Shown: in pieces, positions 24,467 to 38,244 of the stretch
Position numbering within the stretch: position 1 is the stretch's first letter
How the letters are laid out: each line of letters opens with the position of its first letter
Source of the DNA: Octopus sinensis
Lineage: Eukaryota
DNA length: 64,000 bases
Assembly: GCF_006345805.1 (NCBI RefSeq)
Contig: NC_043001.1
Span: forward strand, 11,470,001-11,534,000
Direction of reading: 5' to 3'
Notes under the pieces: model-generated
Databases searched by the model: none
The model's input: only the letters and a program-made list of their open reading frames with translations
Told to the model about the DNA's origin: nothing
Position numbers and translations under genes: made by a program

Positions 24467-25250
24467 TGGCACTCCGTCGGTTAGAACAACAAGGGTTTCA
24501 GCTGATCCGATGAAGGGAAGAGCCTGGTCGTGAAATTAACGTGCAAGTTAAGGGTACACCTGTCTGTGGGTACACAAGGGAAAGGTACACATGAACGTAG
24601 TTCTCGGGGTGATTCAGCGTGCCACAGAGTGTGACAAGGCTGGCCCTTTGAAATACAGGTACAACAGAATCAGGAAAAAAGAGTGAGAGGAAGTTGTGAT
24701 GAAAGAGTACAGCAGGGCTCCCCCCTGCTGCCTGGGTTCGTGGAGCTTTAGGTGTTTTCGCTCAATAAACACTCACAATGCCCGGTCTGGGAATCGAAAC
24801 CGCGATCCCACGACCGCGAGTCCGCTGTCCTAACCACTGGCCCATTGCACATACACAAGTTAGAAATAAGGAAAGAAAAAAAAAATGAAAGAACTCATAG
24901 AATACAATACGTGGCACTCCGTCGGTTACGACGAGTGTTCCAGTTGATCCGATCAACGGAACAGTCTGCACGTGAAATTAACGTGCAAGTGTACCCTTAA
25001 CATAGTTCTCGGAGTGATTCAGCGTGACACAGAGTGTGAGAAGTCTGGCCCTTTGAAATACAGGTACAGCAGAAATAGGAAGAAAGAGTGAGGGAAAGTT
25101 GTGATGAAAGAGTTCCAGAAGGGTTCGCTACCACCCCGCAGCCGAAGCCTCGTGGAGCTTTAGTGCTTTCGTTCAATAAACAGTCACAACGCCCGGTTTG
25201 GGAATCGAAACCACCATCCCACGACCGTGAGTTGAGTTCGTTGCGCCTAC
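24467..25250 (-). mobile_element. Two tandem SINE B copies (24467-24850; 24911-25250)
   Basis: Each matches 15301-15684. Confidence 0.85.
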
Positions 25251-26379
25251 ACAACCCGTGTAGTAAAATACTGGAGTACTTATAGAATCTTCAACGACAA
25301 TAGTAATGTGAAATGAGATTATTTCTATTTATTCAGGAATATACAATGTATAAAGTTAATTAATTTCAAACGTGACTGAAATAAAATAATATAAATAATG
25401 TAAATAATATAAATAAATATCGTTTTGGATGGAAAATATTTACCTGAATTGTAACTGTTTACTCCGGATTGTTGTTTACAGTAAAATAATGCACCTTGCA
25501 AAAGTTCATTCACCATGAAATAATTTGTTAATTATAGAACAAAATGCAAATAACTGGAAATAATTGGTGAAATTTTGTAAAAGGCATATGTTAATTGAGG
25601 AAAATATCAATTAATTTTAGACAGACATTAAAGGAACTGTTGGTGGTAAGTAATTATAAGAGTTTAGTTTTCTTCTTTCTTTGTCTTTTGCAGGATTTTC
25701 ATTACAGCAAATTATTGCAAATCTCAGAAGCGCCCGGGGAGAAAATTTTGCTTGCACTACATAACAATACGACTATAGTTATTGATTAACTCTGTGGTCA
25801 TGCTGAAGAGACTCAAATTATGAACTCTTATATACAATATTTCAGTTAAAATGTTCCACATTTTGTTTCTTTTGAACGTATTTATAATTAAAATATCACT
25901 TTTGGTTTTAGCTTAGTTGCATTTAAACTAAATACTGAATAAATAAATAAATAAATAATATAACGTTTGTTTCTACTAGACTATGAAGACATTGAAAAAC
26001 AGTGAGGGAATTAGAGAGGGGGGAGGGAGAGAAAGTGAGAGAGAGAGAAAGATAAAACGGGGGTGAGGGCTCTTTATCTTGATCAACCACTGATTGTAGT
26101 AGTAAGTTTTCATCGCATTATCATGATGTCTGATGTCTGGTATCTTAAAACCATTATTAATTTCGGTTATTTTGCGAACCAGTCTTTTTAATCTTTACTT
26201 TAAAAGCAACACATATATCAGTACAAACATCGGCTAAATTTTGCTTCATTTTTCTAACGTAATGTAAATTTTTATAACATTTAACAGCAATAATAGTGAT
26301 TTAAAAAAAAAATATGTCTTTTATACTCAAAATAGTATTCCTTTAAACTGTTATCGCACAGTTCCATATATGGCTGAAA

Positions 26380-26602
26380 TCTAATATATAAATCCCGTTC
26401 TATCTGTCTGTTTGTGCGCTTATAACTCGAGTATTGTTCATCCGATCGCGCTGAAATTTTAAACAATGATACATGAAAGAGTGAGAATCGCTATTTTCAT
26501 AATCCTTATGGCCCGCCCATCGAATGATTAAAACTTCCATAACACCGTCCAAGTTAGCCCTCTTCACTTATACAAACCGTCCAATGACGGGGCATTTACT
26601 AG
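26380..26602 (+). mobile_element. Small non-autonomous Helitron (223 bp)
   Basis: Starts A|TCTAATATATAAA; 3' hairpin ccgtc-caat-gacgg then CTAG, followed by G rather than the canonical T. Confidence 0.6.
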
Positions 26603-28056
26603 GATGTGTATATAAATCGAGAGGTAATCTTGGTTGCAATATTCATGCTAAATAAATACTATTAAACCATATTTCCCTGAGGTGCCTATTTACACTTAGT
26701 AACAGAATTGATTGGTTGAAATTACAAACTGAATCATTAATATTTTTCGAGTATCAAAATTGTTCCAAAGTGAAGCCCTATACTTTTTAGGCTATTTCTT
26801 ATACATAATACAAAAAATGCTGCTTTTGTAATTCTTTAGACTCAGAAAATAGAATTGCGGATTCACTATGAATCTCGATTCGTACTAAAAATATTAAACT
26901 GATCCCTGTTTGCTAAACGCGTGAATAAAATAGGCAGCATCGAAAACAAGGCTCTCGAACTCACTGGAATAATTCCAAGCATCAGTATCTTCAACTAGAC
27001 TTGCTGTTTCTTTACTTTATTTCGAGAATGGGACGGCCTCTGCACTTTGGAAATGACTATTTGAATTCTTTCTTCTCCAAAGGGCAGCTAACTCTTACTT
27101 ATCCCTTATTACTTTATATATTCTCCTTGTCATTCGTCTGGACATTGCTGTCTTGAATCCACCAACTCCTACGACGTTACTTGGTTTGCATGGCGAGATC
27201 ATAGCCCCCCTGGACCCGTTACTCGATATCGGAACGAGATCATAAAAATCACCCCTGGACCAGATGCCAGTTTGTTGTAGGGTTGCTCACTTACAGCTGA
27301 ATAAAGCAACGGTAAATGAAGTCTACGGTCTGGGAATCAAAACAGCTATCTTGTGAACCTTATTCTGATTATCTAATCACTAGGAGATGCGTCTTCATAT
27401 CTCGCTCGACTGTCTCCATAATGATCACTAACGCCATTCGTCACGCGGATGAAAAACCTTTTGGAGGACATTCTCTGCTCATGTTTTCTTTCATGATATT
27501 CAAACAGAACCGACATTATCAATCTACCAAGAGGTGAGGTATCTGACGAAAGTCAGGGAAAAACACTATTACCACTAACTAACATATAAAAATATCGATT
27601 AGTATCAAGTGGTCTTGAGACACTCGGGCGTCAATTTGGGAAACATCAAATGAGATAACAGGAAAATATGTTATATTCATGTATTTGCAAAGAATGCATT
27701 TGGAAATGGAAGCGAAATAATCAATTGTTGTTGAGAGTTGCTAGAGCAAGGAAATTCAAGCAAGTTTTTGGTTTTCAACATATTTGATATTAGAACAACA
27801 TCAAACTAGCAACACGTTTAAAAGCAACAACAACAAAAAAAAAAGACGGAAATAAGGACAAACCAACAACAGCAAAAGACTGCTGCAGAAACATCGACAC
27901 ACAACAATAACAACAACGGAAATCTAGTGAAAAAAATATAAAGTTTATTCTCTTTCAGTAAAATTTCGGAAAATAGGAAACTCATAAAGATAACTCCCGA
28001 AATAGCTGCGATGTAAATGTAAATAAATGCCTCACCTCTGTTGGTCTTCCATAGTA

Positions 28057-28783
28057 CACCGGGCGAAATGCTAAGCGGTATTTCGTCTGCCGTTACGTTC
28101 TGAGTTCAAATTCAGCTGAGTTCGACTTTGCGTTTTCATCCTTTCGGGGTCGATTAAATAAGTACCATTTAGGCACTGGGGTCGATATAATCGACTTAAT
28201 CTGTTTGTCTGTCCTTGTTTGTCCTCTCTGTGTTTAGCCCCTTGTGGGTAGTAAAGAAATGGGTATTTCATCTGCCGTTACGTTCTGAGTTCAAATTCCG
28301 CCGAGGTCGACTTTGCCTTTCATCCTTTCGGTGTCGATTAAATAAGTACCAGTTACATGCTGGGGTCGATATAATCAACTTAATCCGTTTGTCTGTCCTT
28401 GTTTGTCCTCTCTGTGTTTAGCCCCTTGTGGGTAGTAAAGAAATAGGTATTTTGTCTGTTGTTACGTTCTGAGTTCAGATTCTGCCGAGGTCGACTTTGC
28501 CTTTCATCCTTTCGGGGTCGATTAAATAAGTACCAGTTACACGCTGGGGTCAATATAATCAACTTAATCCATTTGTCTGTCCTTGTTTGTCCTCTCTGTG
28601 TTTAGCCCCTTGCGGGTAGTAAAGAAATAGGTATTTCGTCTGCCGTTACGTTCTGAGCTCAAATTCCGCCGAGGTCGACTTTGCTGTTCATCCTTTCGGG
28701 GTCGATAAATGAAGTACCAGTTACACGCTGGGGTCGATATAATCAACTTAATCCCTTTGTCTGTCCTTGTTTGTCTCCTCTAT
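28057..28783 (+). mobile_element. SINE C tetramer (184-bp units)
   Basis: Unit starts at 28077, 28262, 28446 and 28630. Confidence 0.9.
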
Positions 28784-29052
28784 GAAATTAAAAAAATCTT
28801 CATGTAAAATTTACTTAACTAAAACAAATATAGATATATATGTTTGTGTCTTATAAAAACAGATTCGAAGTAAATATTTGTCATCTCTATATAAGACATC
28901 GTAATAATTGTTGAAGTGAAAACAGCACAGCTGACTTCTTGAATGAGGCACACAAACAATTGTGATGTCAGCTGTACTAAAATATTAGATTACACTTTTC
29001 TTTATTGACCTTTCCAAGGTAAACTAGAAAAGGAAAGATAAAATTTGGATGT

Positions 29053-29222
29053 AGGCGCAGGAGTGGCTGTGTGGTAAGTAGCTTGTTTACCAACCACATG
29101 GTTCCGTGTTCAGTCCCACTGCGTGGCACCTTGGGCAAGTGTCTTTTACTATAGCCTCGGGCCGACCAAAGCCTTGTGTGTGGATTTGGTAGACGGAAAC
29201 TGAAAGAAGCCCGTCGTATATA

Positions 29223-29255
<33 letters not shown>

Positions 29256-29493
29256 GTATATATGCGTGTGTGTGTTTGTGTGTCTGTGTTAGTGCCCCTA
29301 GCATTGCTTGACAACCGATGCTGGTGTGTTTATGTCCCCGTTACTTAGCGGTTCGGCAAAAGAGACCGATAGAATAAGTACTGGGCTTACAAAAGAGTAA
29401 GTCCCGGGGTCGATTTGCTCGACTAAAGGTGGTGCTCCAACATGGCCGCAGTCAAATGACTGAAACAAGTAAAAGAGTAAAAGAGTAAAGAGT
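29053..29493 (+). mobile_element. SINE A
   Basis: Full-length match. Confidence 0.9.
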
Positions 29494-29944
29494 AATGTGT
29501 TTAGGCCAAAATTAGTCCAGACTATTTCTAACTTAAAAACACCAACTGACAAAATTTGCGAAGTCATTTTTAAGTCAGGTTTTGTTGTATTATGACCGAT
29601 TCAAGTAGGAAGTTATTGATTAAGATGTATTTAGGTACAGGTGGTTTATCTGGCACCCGTTGAAGATGTCCAGATATCGTTTGAAGGAAATGGAAACTTT
29701 TTCTTTTATTCGTTTTGGGGTGAAGTTAAAATAGTTCAGGGTCTGTTGAGGAAAAGTAATTGTGTTGTAATATGGTTATGTGTTGTGAGACTGAATCATA
29801 TCGGCTGCAGTATACAATAGATACACAAAACTCTATATATAGCAATTCTTTATATTCAATGATCAACCAATGTCTTTATCAGCAATTTTTAATCACCAAA
29901 ATTGTGCAATCACTGCCACATTGATGTATTCTGTTTTCTTATGT

Positions 29945-30340
29945 CTCTTCCAGCGTTACAACAATTTTGGAACAAGGAAGCCTTCGCCCCTAATAACTGG
30001 AAACACTTACAACTACCCTTAAAGACATCAGCCTACAAATGTTTCTCACTAATCTCTCAGCATGGAAATCGGTTGAGTTCGATGTATCGAACCCAACACA
30101 CAACTGGTATTTAATCAACCGACTAAGAAATAGCAAACGGCAAAGTTTACCTCACCGGAATTTGAACTCATGACTTGACAGCTCACTGCTTCATCAGCAT
30201 ACAAATATTGATTTCAAATTTGGGCACAAGTTCAGCAATTTCGGGAGAGGGTGTAAGTCGAATACATCGACACGAGTGTTTAACTTAATTGGTACTTAAT
30301 TTATCGACCCTGAACGGAGGAAAAGCAAAGTCGACCGCAT
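29945..30340 (+). repeat. Local duplication, copy 2 (paralog at 22745-23140)
   Basis: Same shared segment and SINE remnants as copy 1. Confidence 0.85.
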
Positions 30341-31328
30341 GGAATAAAGTATAATTGAATCAGACAGTCGCTTGACAAGCGACAAGTGTGTAGATTCGGG
30401 TTCGAATGTCAGTTTGGCAGGGGTAAGCGAGCTCCTACATACTTGTGGCAAAAATCTCTCTAGTTGAGTTCATCCATTATTTTTATACCCGAGTCTACAT
30501 TGTATAATATTTAACCGTTTTCAAGATATAAGAGAGACTTTACTGCTCTTTCTCTCTCATCTGCGTCCCTGAGTAAGTGTCCAGATTCTCTCTCGTTGGA
30601 TTATCCTCTTCAATGATTGGCCAATAGCACAGCCTATTAGTTTTCACGAAGTAGAATTGCAGCATGCGGTGTTCAATATCTCATGCAACACCTCATTGAT
30701 CTGAATTTCTCAATTAATCGCCCAAATAGTGCTTCCAATTACGAAATTAATTACCCTTTTGACAACTTGCCTACCAGAGAATAAAGAAAAGTCGATTAGA
30801 TAGTTTCCATTTAGACATAAGATAAAAGCAACAATCTTCCGTATTTCTCAGAAACAATAGAGATAGAATAATTAGCAACGCAATAAATATTAAACGGCTT
30901 CTTCAAGATAACCATGTAATCCATCTTTATCAGGATGTTACGATTTAATGGAATAATGTTATAGTCTCTCATATCAAACATACCACTTTGAACCGCATAT
31001 AGATAACCGAAACTAATATGGCTAGCGGTAACTTAATTTACTTGTATGCAAATTTAACTAATTCATATAGATAGCTATCCGGTTTGATAATCTAGCTCAA
31101 AGGTTATATAGCTTTATATGCTGAAAGGAAGCTTCTAAATACATTCCATTTTATGGTACTTGTGAAGTTATACACACACACTAACACACGCATACATTCA
31201 ACGTTAAGTTTTGCTTGAACAGAAAGGCTAAATAGCATTCAACACGGGTGTATGTATATTGTGTCATGAACGAAATTCTGTGTTCTTGAGCCACAGTCTA
31301 ACAACCACCGTATACATGATACGCTTAC

Positions 31329-31545
31329 ACTTTTATTTCTTTCAGTCATTTGACTGCGGCCATGCTGGGGCACCGCCTTTAGTCGAGCAAATCGACCCCA
31401 GGACTTATTCTTTGTAAGCGTAGTAATTACTCTATCGGTCTCTTTTGCCGAACCGCTAAGTCACGGGGATGTAAACACACCAGCATCGGTTGTCAAGCGA
31501 TGTTGGGGGACAAACACAGATACACAAACATGTACACACATATAC

Positions 31546-31588
<43 letters not shown>

Positions 31589-31704
31589 TACATACGACGG
31601 GATTCTTTCAGTTTCCGTATACCAAATCCACACAGCCACTCCTACGCCTATATGTGTGTATGTATATATATTTATACACACACGCATAGAACAAACAAAC
31701 ACAG

Positions 31705-31747
<43 letters not shown>

Positions 31748-31923
31748 CATATATATATACGACGGGCTTCTTTCAGTTTCCGTCTACCAAATCCACTCAC
31801 AAGGCTTTGGTTACATTGAAGCTATAGTAAAACATGCTTACCCAAGCTGCCACGCAGTGAGACTGAACCAGGAACCATGTGGTTTGTTAGCAAGCTACTT
31901 ACCACACAGCCACTCATACGCCT
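31329..31923 (-). mobile_element. SINE A with partial internal duplication
   Basis: cgacggg..tctttcagtttccgt.taccaaatccac occurs at ~31595 and ~31760. Confidence 0.85.
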
Positions 31924-31943
31924 ATAATGAAATAATAATAATA

Positions 31944-31989
<46 letters not shown>

Positions 31990-32553
31990 GCCATACCAGC
32001 AATAAATTATAGCTTCCACATAATAAACTGGAAGATTAGTGAATCGAGAAATTTAAGAAAATCAAGGTAACTATTACCCCATACAGAGGTCACCTTCCCA
32101 AATTAGACAGAGTCGGAATATATTTACCACGCTCAGGACGTCGGTATTTGATGTACATAGAGAATTACCATAAAATATGAACAGTTGGACTAGAAAAATG
32201 CTTCGAAACAAAAAGTGGAAGAATGCTACATGAAATAAAGCAACACGAAAAGCAAGAAAGCACTTTTCCTTGTACAAAAGGAGGCGATAAAATAGAAATC
32301 AGAACCAGTCAAATGACAATACGATAGAAATTATCGAAAAGACAAAAATGATAATGAAAATAAAACTAATAAGAATAAATGGAAAGAAAGATCACTCCAT
32401 GGCTAAATACTCTGCAAGGTTTGACAGAGAAGTAGAAGACACCTCTCCAATATGTCACGCAGTGGGACTGAACCCGGAAACATGTGGTTGGAAAGCAATT
32501 TCTTACCACACAGCTCTGTCTGCCCCTATGTCGCCTATATTTGATATCGGTAA

Positions 32554-33152
32554 GGCGGCGAGTTGGCAGAAACGTTAGCGCGCCGGGCGAAATCCTAAGC
32601 AGTATTTCGTCTGCGGTTACGTTCTGAGCTCAAATTCCGCCGAGGTCGATATTGCCTATCATCCTTTCGGGATCGATAAATAAAGTACCAGTTTCGCTCT
32701 GAGGTCGATGTTATCGAATTAATCCCTTTGTTTGTCCTTGTTTGTCCCCTTTATGTTTAGCCCCTTGTGGGCAATAAAGAAATAGGTATTTCGTCTGCCG
32801 TTACGTTCTGAGCTCAAATTCCGCCGAGATCGACTTTGCCTTTCATCCTTTCGGGGTCGATAAATAAAGTACAAGTTTCGCTCTGAGGTCGATGTAATCG
32901 ACTTAATCCCTTTGTCTGTCTTCGTTTGTCCCCTGTATGTTTAGCCCCTTGTGAGCAATAAAGAAATAGGTATTCCGTCTGCCGTTACGTTCTGAGCTCA
33001 AATTCTGCCGAAGTCGACTTTGCCCTTCATTCGTTCGGGGTCGATAAATAAAGTACCAGTTTCGCACTTGGGTCGATGTAATCAACTTAATCTCTTTGTT
33101 TGTCCTTGTTTCTCCCCTCTATATTTAGCCCCTTATGGGTAATAAAGAAATA
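32554..33152 (+). mobile_element. SINE C trimer with 13-bp TSD
   Basis: Units at 32601, 32785 and 32969. tatatttgatatc at 32536-32548 and 33153-33165. Confidence 0.9.
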
Positions 33153-33475
33153 TATATTTGATATCAGCTTTGAAAAGATAAAATTTGGCCGCGATTGGGT
33201 TTGAACTCACGGTACGGACTAACATCTTTTCCACTGCACCGCGCTTGATAGTTGATAGATGAGATGCTGAAATACAGAGGTAAGCGATAATGCGCGGTAC
33301 AGCCATTCCATATCATGCCGTATCTGTCATCTTCCCCTATGATGGATTCTTAGGTTTCTCTCCATTCTTTGCTACATTAAAAAAGAAAAAACAAAAGTAA
33401 AAGAAATGAAAATAAATTCAGTTTAAGCAAAGGCAAGAGAAAGCAAGGAGGAATACAATGCAGAGAGTAGGGGAC

Positions 33476-34062
33476 CATGGTGGCGGTGAGGAAGATGATG
33501 ATGGTGATGATGGTGATGATGACGATTATAATGATCATAATGGTGATGATGATGACGACAACTTTGACGATAATGATGATGATGATGATGACGATGATGA
33601 TGACGATGATGATGACGATGATGATGACGATAATGATGATGACGATGATGATGATGACGATGATGATGACGACGATGATGATGATGATTATGAGGATGAT
33701 GATGAGTATGGTTACGATGACGACGACGACGATGATGATGATTATGACGATGATGGTGATGATTATGGTTACGATGATGACAACGAGGATGATGATGAAG
33801 ATGATGATAATGATGATGATGATGATACTAAGATGATGATGATAATAATGAAGATGATGGTGGTTACGATGATGACGATGATCATGATGATGACGATGAC
33901 GATGATGATGATGATGATGATGGTGATGGTGATGGTGATGGTGACGATGCTCCTGATGTTGACATCTTCATGAAGATGATAAGGACCAAAACGATGACAA
34001 CAACAACGACGACAGCTAAGACGACGACGATGACGTCTATGATGATGATGATGGTGATGATG
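33476..34062. repeat. (GAT/GAC)n compound microsatellite
   Basis: Visible directly in the sequence. Confidence 0.95.
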
Positions 34063-35056
34063 GCAATGCATCAAGAGCTCTTACCTGATAATCACCTGAA
34101 CTTTGACGAGAAGAGCTACCATTCTCTTTTTTCCATTTCTTGAAGAACATGCCAAAATCTTGATAAATGCTGCTAACACAAATGTAATGTCTGAAGATTT
34201 CAAGCATGCGATGTGGAAGTATTTTAAATGTGTTTTTAAAGAAATGACATCTTTGAAATTCAAAATCACCTTTAAAAAAGTGGACCATTGTCAATTAATA
34301 CCGACCTCCCCGCACGCCCACCAACATTCACTCTTATAAAACTGACTACCCCAACCCCTTAATCTCATTAATGCAATTTTTTGGAGCCTGCTGTTTCTCA
34401 TGTGTTCTAAATGTCAGGACCCCATACTAAATACCCCATCTAATTTGTCATCCTTAAAAACACATTCCTAGCAAATTCTCTATTTTCCATATATTTTTTT
34501 TATCTCTCTCTCTCTTTGGTCATTGAAAATACGATGGTTTTAAATTAGATATTAATCACATTAACCTATTCTGGTTAAAATATGGGCACTGACAGCTCAT
34601 TTCAGAATATCTAATCAAGGAAAAATGTATTAAATTTCATGAAGCGATTTATGAGCTCTACAAATCATATGGTTCCAATAACAATGTCATATAAAGAACC
34701 ACCAAGATATATGAGCTATTTAAGTAATCCATGTGTTGTAAACGATAACTGAAGCTATTTCGAAATTTTTCGAATATATAACAAATTTTACGGTTATCAA
34801 TTTGTGTTGCAAGATTCCTGATGTGAAAGCGTGTTTTGAAACCGATATTGTTGTTTTTCGGGACGGTCATTTTTATTTATTTATTTTTTTTTTTGCCAAA
34901 TAAACACACGTCACACATCTGTGACCTCTTCAGCGTCGCTTTACATTTTCGTGTGTGTTCTTGCTCCACTTACTCAATTCTGTTCTTCTAAGGTGTGTAT
35001 TCTTATGTGCGCATTCGTTTGTGTCCGTGTTTAATAACAACAACAACAACAACAGC

Positions 35057-35121
<65 letters not shown>

Positions 35122-35197
35122 TAATAATATTAATTACAACAACAATAATAATAATGATGATGATGATGATAACAACAACAGCAACAAACACAATAAT

Positions 35198-35385
35198 GAT
35201 ATTTGTCTCTTAGGGACAGCAAGGACTATCAGGATGGTTCTAAGCATTTGAAAGTCTGTTGAAAAACTTTTGGACATCTGAGGCTACAGGTAGTAACCCC
35301 ATACCCAGGTAAATCCTACCAGGAATAAGACCGATCCTGAGCCAAGCCAAAATAACAAAACTCAAATGAAGATGAAATAAATAGA
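35198..35385 (+). mobile_element. Probable 3' end of an R4/Dong-type RLE LINE next to (AAT)n
   Basis: CLLGTARTIRMVLSI* resembles the LLGTARILRKVL C-terminus of R4/Dong ORFs, and Dong elements target TAA repeats. Confidence 0.55.
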
Positions 35386-35643
35386 GCGCGTGTTTATTGG
35401 CTTAAAAAAATGTCTATGGCAAAATATAACAATATATGTGTTTGTGTGTGTATCTGTATATATCCTAGTAGTTGCTTTGTCGTAGAGCTTACTTGATCAA
35501 ACCTATGTTCCAAACGAGTCTATCACGTATTTTGTTCAGATATAGTGAATCTATAGCTACAATGTTCACCGTTTTGGGTTTTTAAGCGAAAAGGATATGA
35601 TCTGAAACTGGTTTAGCAGCGATTTTTAGCAGAGCGAGAAACT

Positions 35644-36027
35644 TGGAAGCGCTCCGTCGGTTACGACGACGAGGGTTCCGGTTGATCCGAATCAACGGAA
35701 CAGCCTGCTCGTGAAATTAACGTGTAAGTGGCTGAGCACTCCACAGACACGTGAACCCTTAACGTAGTTCTCGGGGATATTCAGCGTGACACAGAGAGTG
35801 ACAAGGCCGGCCCTTTGAAATACAGGTACACCAGAAACAGGAAGTAAGAGTGAGAGAAAGTTGTGCTGAAAGAGTACAGCAGGGATCACCACCATCCCCT
35901 GCCGGAGACTCGTGGAGCTTTAGGTGTTTTCGCTCAATAAACACTCACAACGCCCGGTCTGGGAATCGAAACCGCGATCCTATGACTGCGAGTCTGCTGC
36001 CCTAACCACTGGGTCATTGCGCTTCCA
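35644..36027 (-). mobile_element. SINE B with 14-bp TSD
   Basis: cagagcgagaaact at 35630-35643 and 36028-36041. Confidence 0.92.
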
Positions 36028-36762
36028 CAGAGCGAGAAACTACGTAGCGCTGTGTTACATTTCACCAAGGGCAATGTTTAACGGACACGTTTCTTTATAT
36101 GTTTCTTACTGACTTGCTCGAACGTCAGATAAACTCGGTCGTTATTTTTCATTTATATTACACCTTTAACCCTTTTTAATGTTACCTGAATTAACACGAA
36201 TAAATTTTACGTTTTTTTTTTCAAACTATAATCTTCTGCTATCACTCTGATTTATTGTTTTTGAAATTTGAAGAAATTTTATTTCTTTTCCGATAATGGA
36301 GAGCCAGGGAAGAAAAAGAAAATAAAGACCCACCATCACCACCACCACCACCATCACCATCACCAGCACCACCAGCATCTCCAGCACCAGCACCATCAGC
36401 ACCACCACCACCACCACCACCACCACCACCACCAGAAAATAGAAATAATTAGCGAATTTTTCTGTAAAGCCAATATATTTGTAGGAATAGCCGATGTGTG
36501 ATTTATTTCAACCCACGGTCAGAATAAAACCTTCTTAAACGTTATGCTTTGCACTCCACTCCTGCCATGCCTCCACCCACATCCCAGAAAACATGGAGGC
36601 CAATACTCAAATGAGCAATGTTTTATAAGAAGTGACTACTGTCAAGACTCGAAGGAATCACATCGAAAATAGTTTTATACCATAACAAGAAATCGAATTA
36701 GGGAGAGAATTAACGCCATCTGGAAAGAGAACAGAAAATCAATGTAAACTGACAAAGATTCA

Positions 36763-37152
36763 GCTTGCTAACCAACCACATGGTTCCGGGTTCAGTCCCA
36801 CTGCATGGCAACTTGGGCAAGTGTCTTCTGCTATAGCCCCGGGCCGAACAATGCCTTGTGAGTGGATTTGATAGACGGAAACTGAAAGAAGCCTGTCGTA
36901 TATATGTATATATATATAAGTGTGTGTGTGTATATGTTTGTGTGTCTGTGTTTGTCCCCCTAGCATTGCTTGACAACCGATGCTGGTGTGTTTACGTCCC
37001 CGTCACTTAGCGGTTCGGCAAAAGAGACCGATAGAATAAGTACTGGGCTTACAAAAGAATAAGTCCTGGGGTCGATTTGCTCGACTAAAGGCGGTGCTCC
37101 AGCATGGCCGCAGTCAAATGACTGAAACAAGTAAAAGAGTAAAAGAGAGAGA
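36763..37152 (+). mobile_element. SINE A, slightly 5'-truncated
   Basis: Match to family A. Confidence 0.9.
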
Positions 37153-37368
37153 GTCTTGCCGGAAGAACGTGTGCCTGTTATTCAAATTTTGAAATTAGGA
37201 ACTGAAAAATAAGCATCCGCCTCTTATGAGCCTCGGGACTCATAAGACCGAGACCCAATCTGGTTTCTATGGTGCATAAGTGATTGAGCGTACAACACTG
37301 CTCTTGAACGGGACGTCAGTCCGTCGAAGGGCTAACTTCACTGCAATTGTTTGAACTCATTCACTGCT

Positions 37369-38244
37369 GTTTTGGGTTTTTAAGAGAAAAGGATATGATC
37401 TGAAACTGGTTTGGCAGCGATTTTTAGCAGAGCGAGAAACTACGTAGCGCTGGGTTACGTTTCACCAAGGGCAATGTTTTGGGTTTTTAAGAGAAAAGGA
37501 TATGATCTGAAACTGGTTTGGCAGCGATTTTTAGCAGAGCAGGAAACTACGTAGCGCTGGGTTACGTTTCACCAAGGGCAATATTTTGAGTTTTTAAGAG
37601 AAAAGGATATGATCTGAAACTGGTTTGGCAGCGATTTTTAGCAGAGCGAGAAACTACGTAGCGCTGTGTTACATTTCACCAAGGGCAATGTTTTGGGTTT
37701 TTAAGAGAAAAGGATATGATCTGAAACTGGTTTGGCAGCGATTTTTAGCCGAGCAGGAAACTACGTAGCGCTGGGTTAGAAACTTAGATAAAACTTAGAT
37801 ATGTTTCGACCAGAGATTGGTCCAGGCCATGTCTAACTTAATAGCACATCAAGGGCAATGTTTTGGGTTTTTAAGAGAAAAGGATATGATCTGAAACTGG
37901 TTTGGCAGCGATTTTTAGCAGAGCGAGAAACTACGTAGCGCTGTGTTACATTTCACCAAGGGCAATGTTTTGGGTTTTTAAGAGAAAAGGATATGATCTG
38001 AAACTGGTTTGGCAGCGATTTTTAGCCGAGCAGGAAACTACGTAGCGCTGGGTTAGAAACTTAGATAAAACTTAGATATGTTTCGACCAGAGATTGGTCC
38101 AGGCCATGTCTAACTTAATAGCACACCAAGGGCAATGTTTTGGGTTTTTAAGAGAAAAGGATATGATCTGAAACTGGTTTGGCAGCGATTTTTAGCAGAG
38201 CGAGAAACTACGTAGCGCTGTGTTACATTTCACCAAGGGCAATG
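37369..38244 (+). repeat. Tandem array of seven 107/170-bp units
   Basis: Starts at 37369, 37476, 37583, 37690, 37860, 37967 and 38137. Units 4 and 6 carry the same extra ~63 bp. Confidence 0.92.

Noticed and set aside
28057-28783. 184-bp arrays (and the 107-bp array at 37369) as CRISPR-like or retrozyme arrays
   Set aside because: No unique spacers, no cas genes, eukaryotic context, and no hammerhead core found in the units on either strand.
34910-34939. Hammerhead half-site on the minus strand (CUGAAGA-G-GUCAC-agaugu-GUGAC)
   Set aside because: The GAAA half and stem III are missing, so it is counted only as a remnant.
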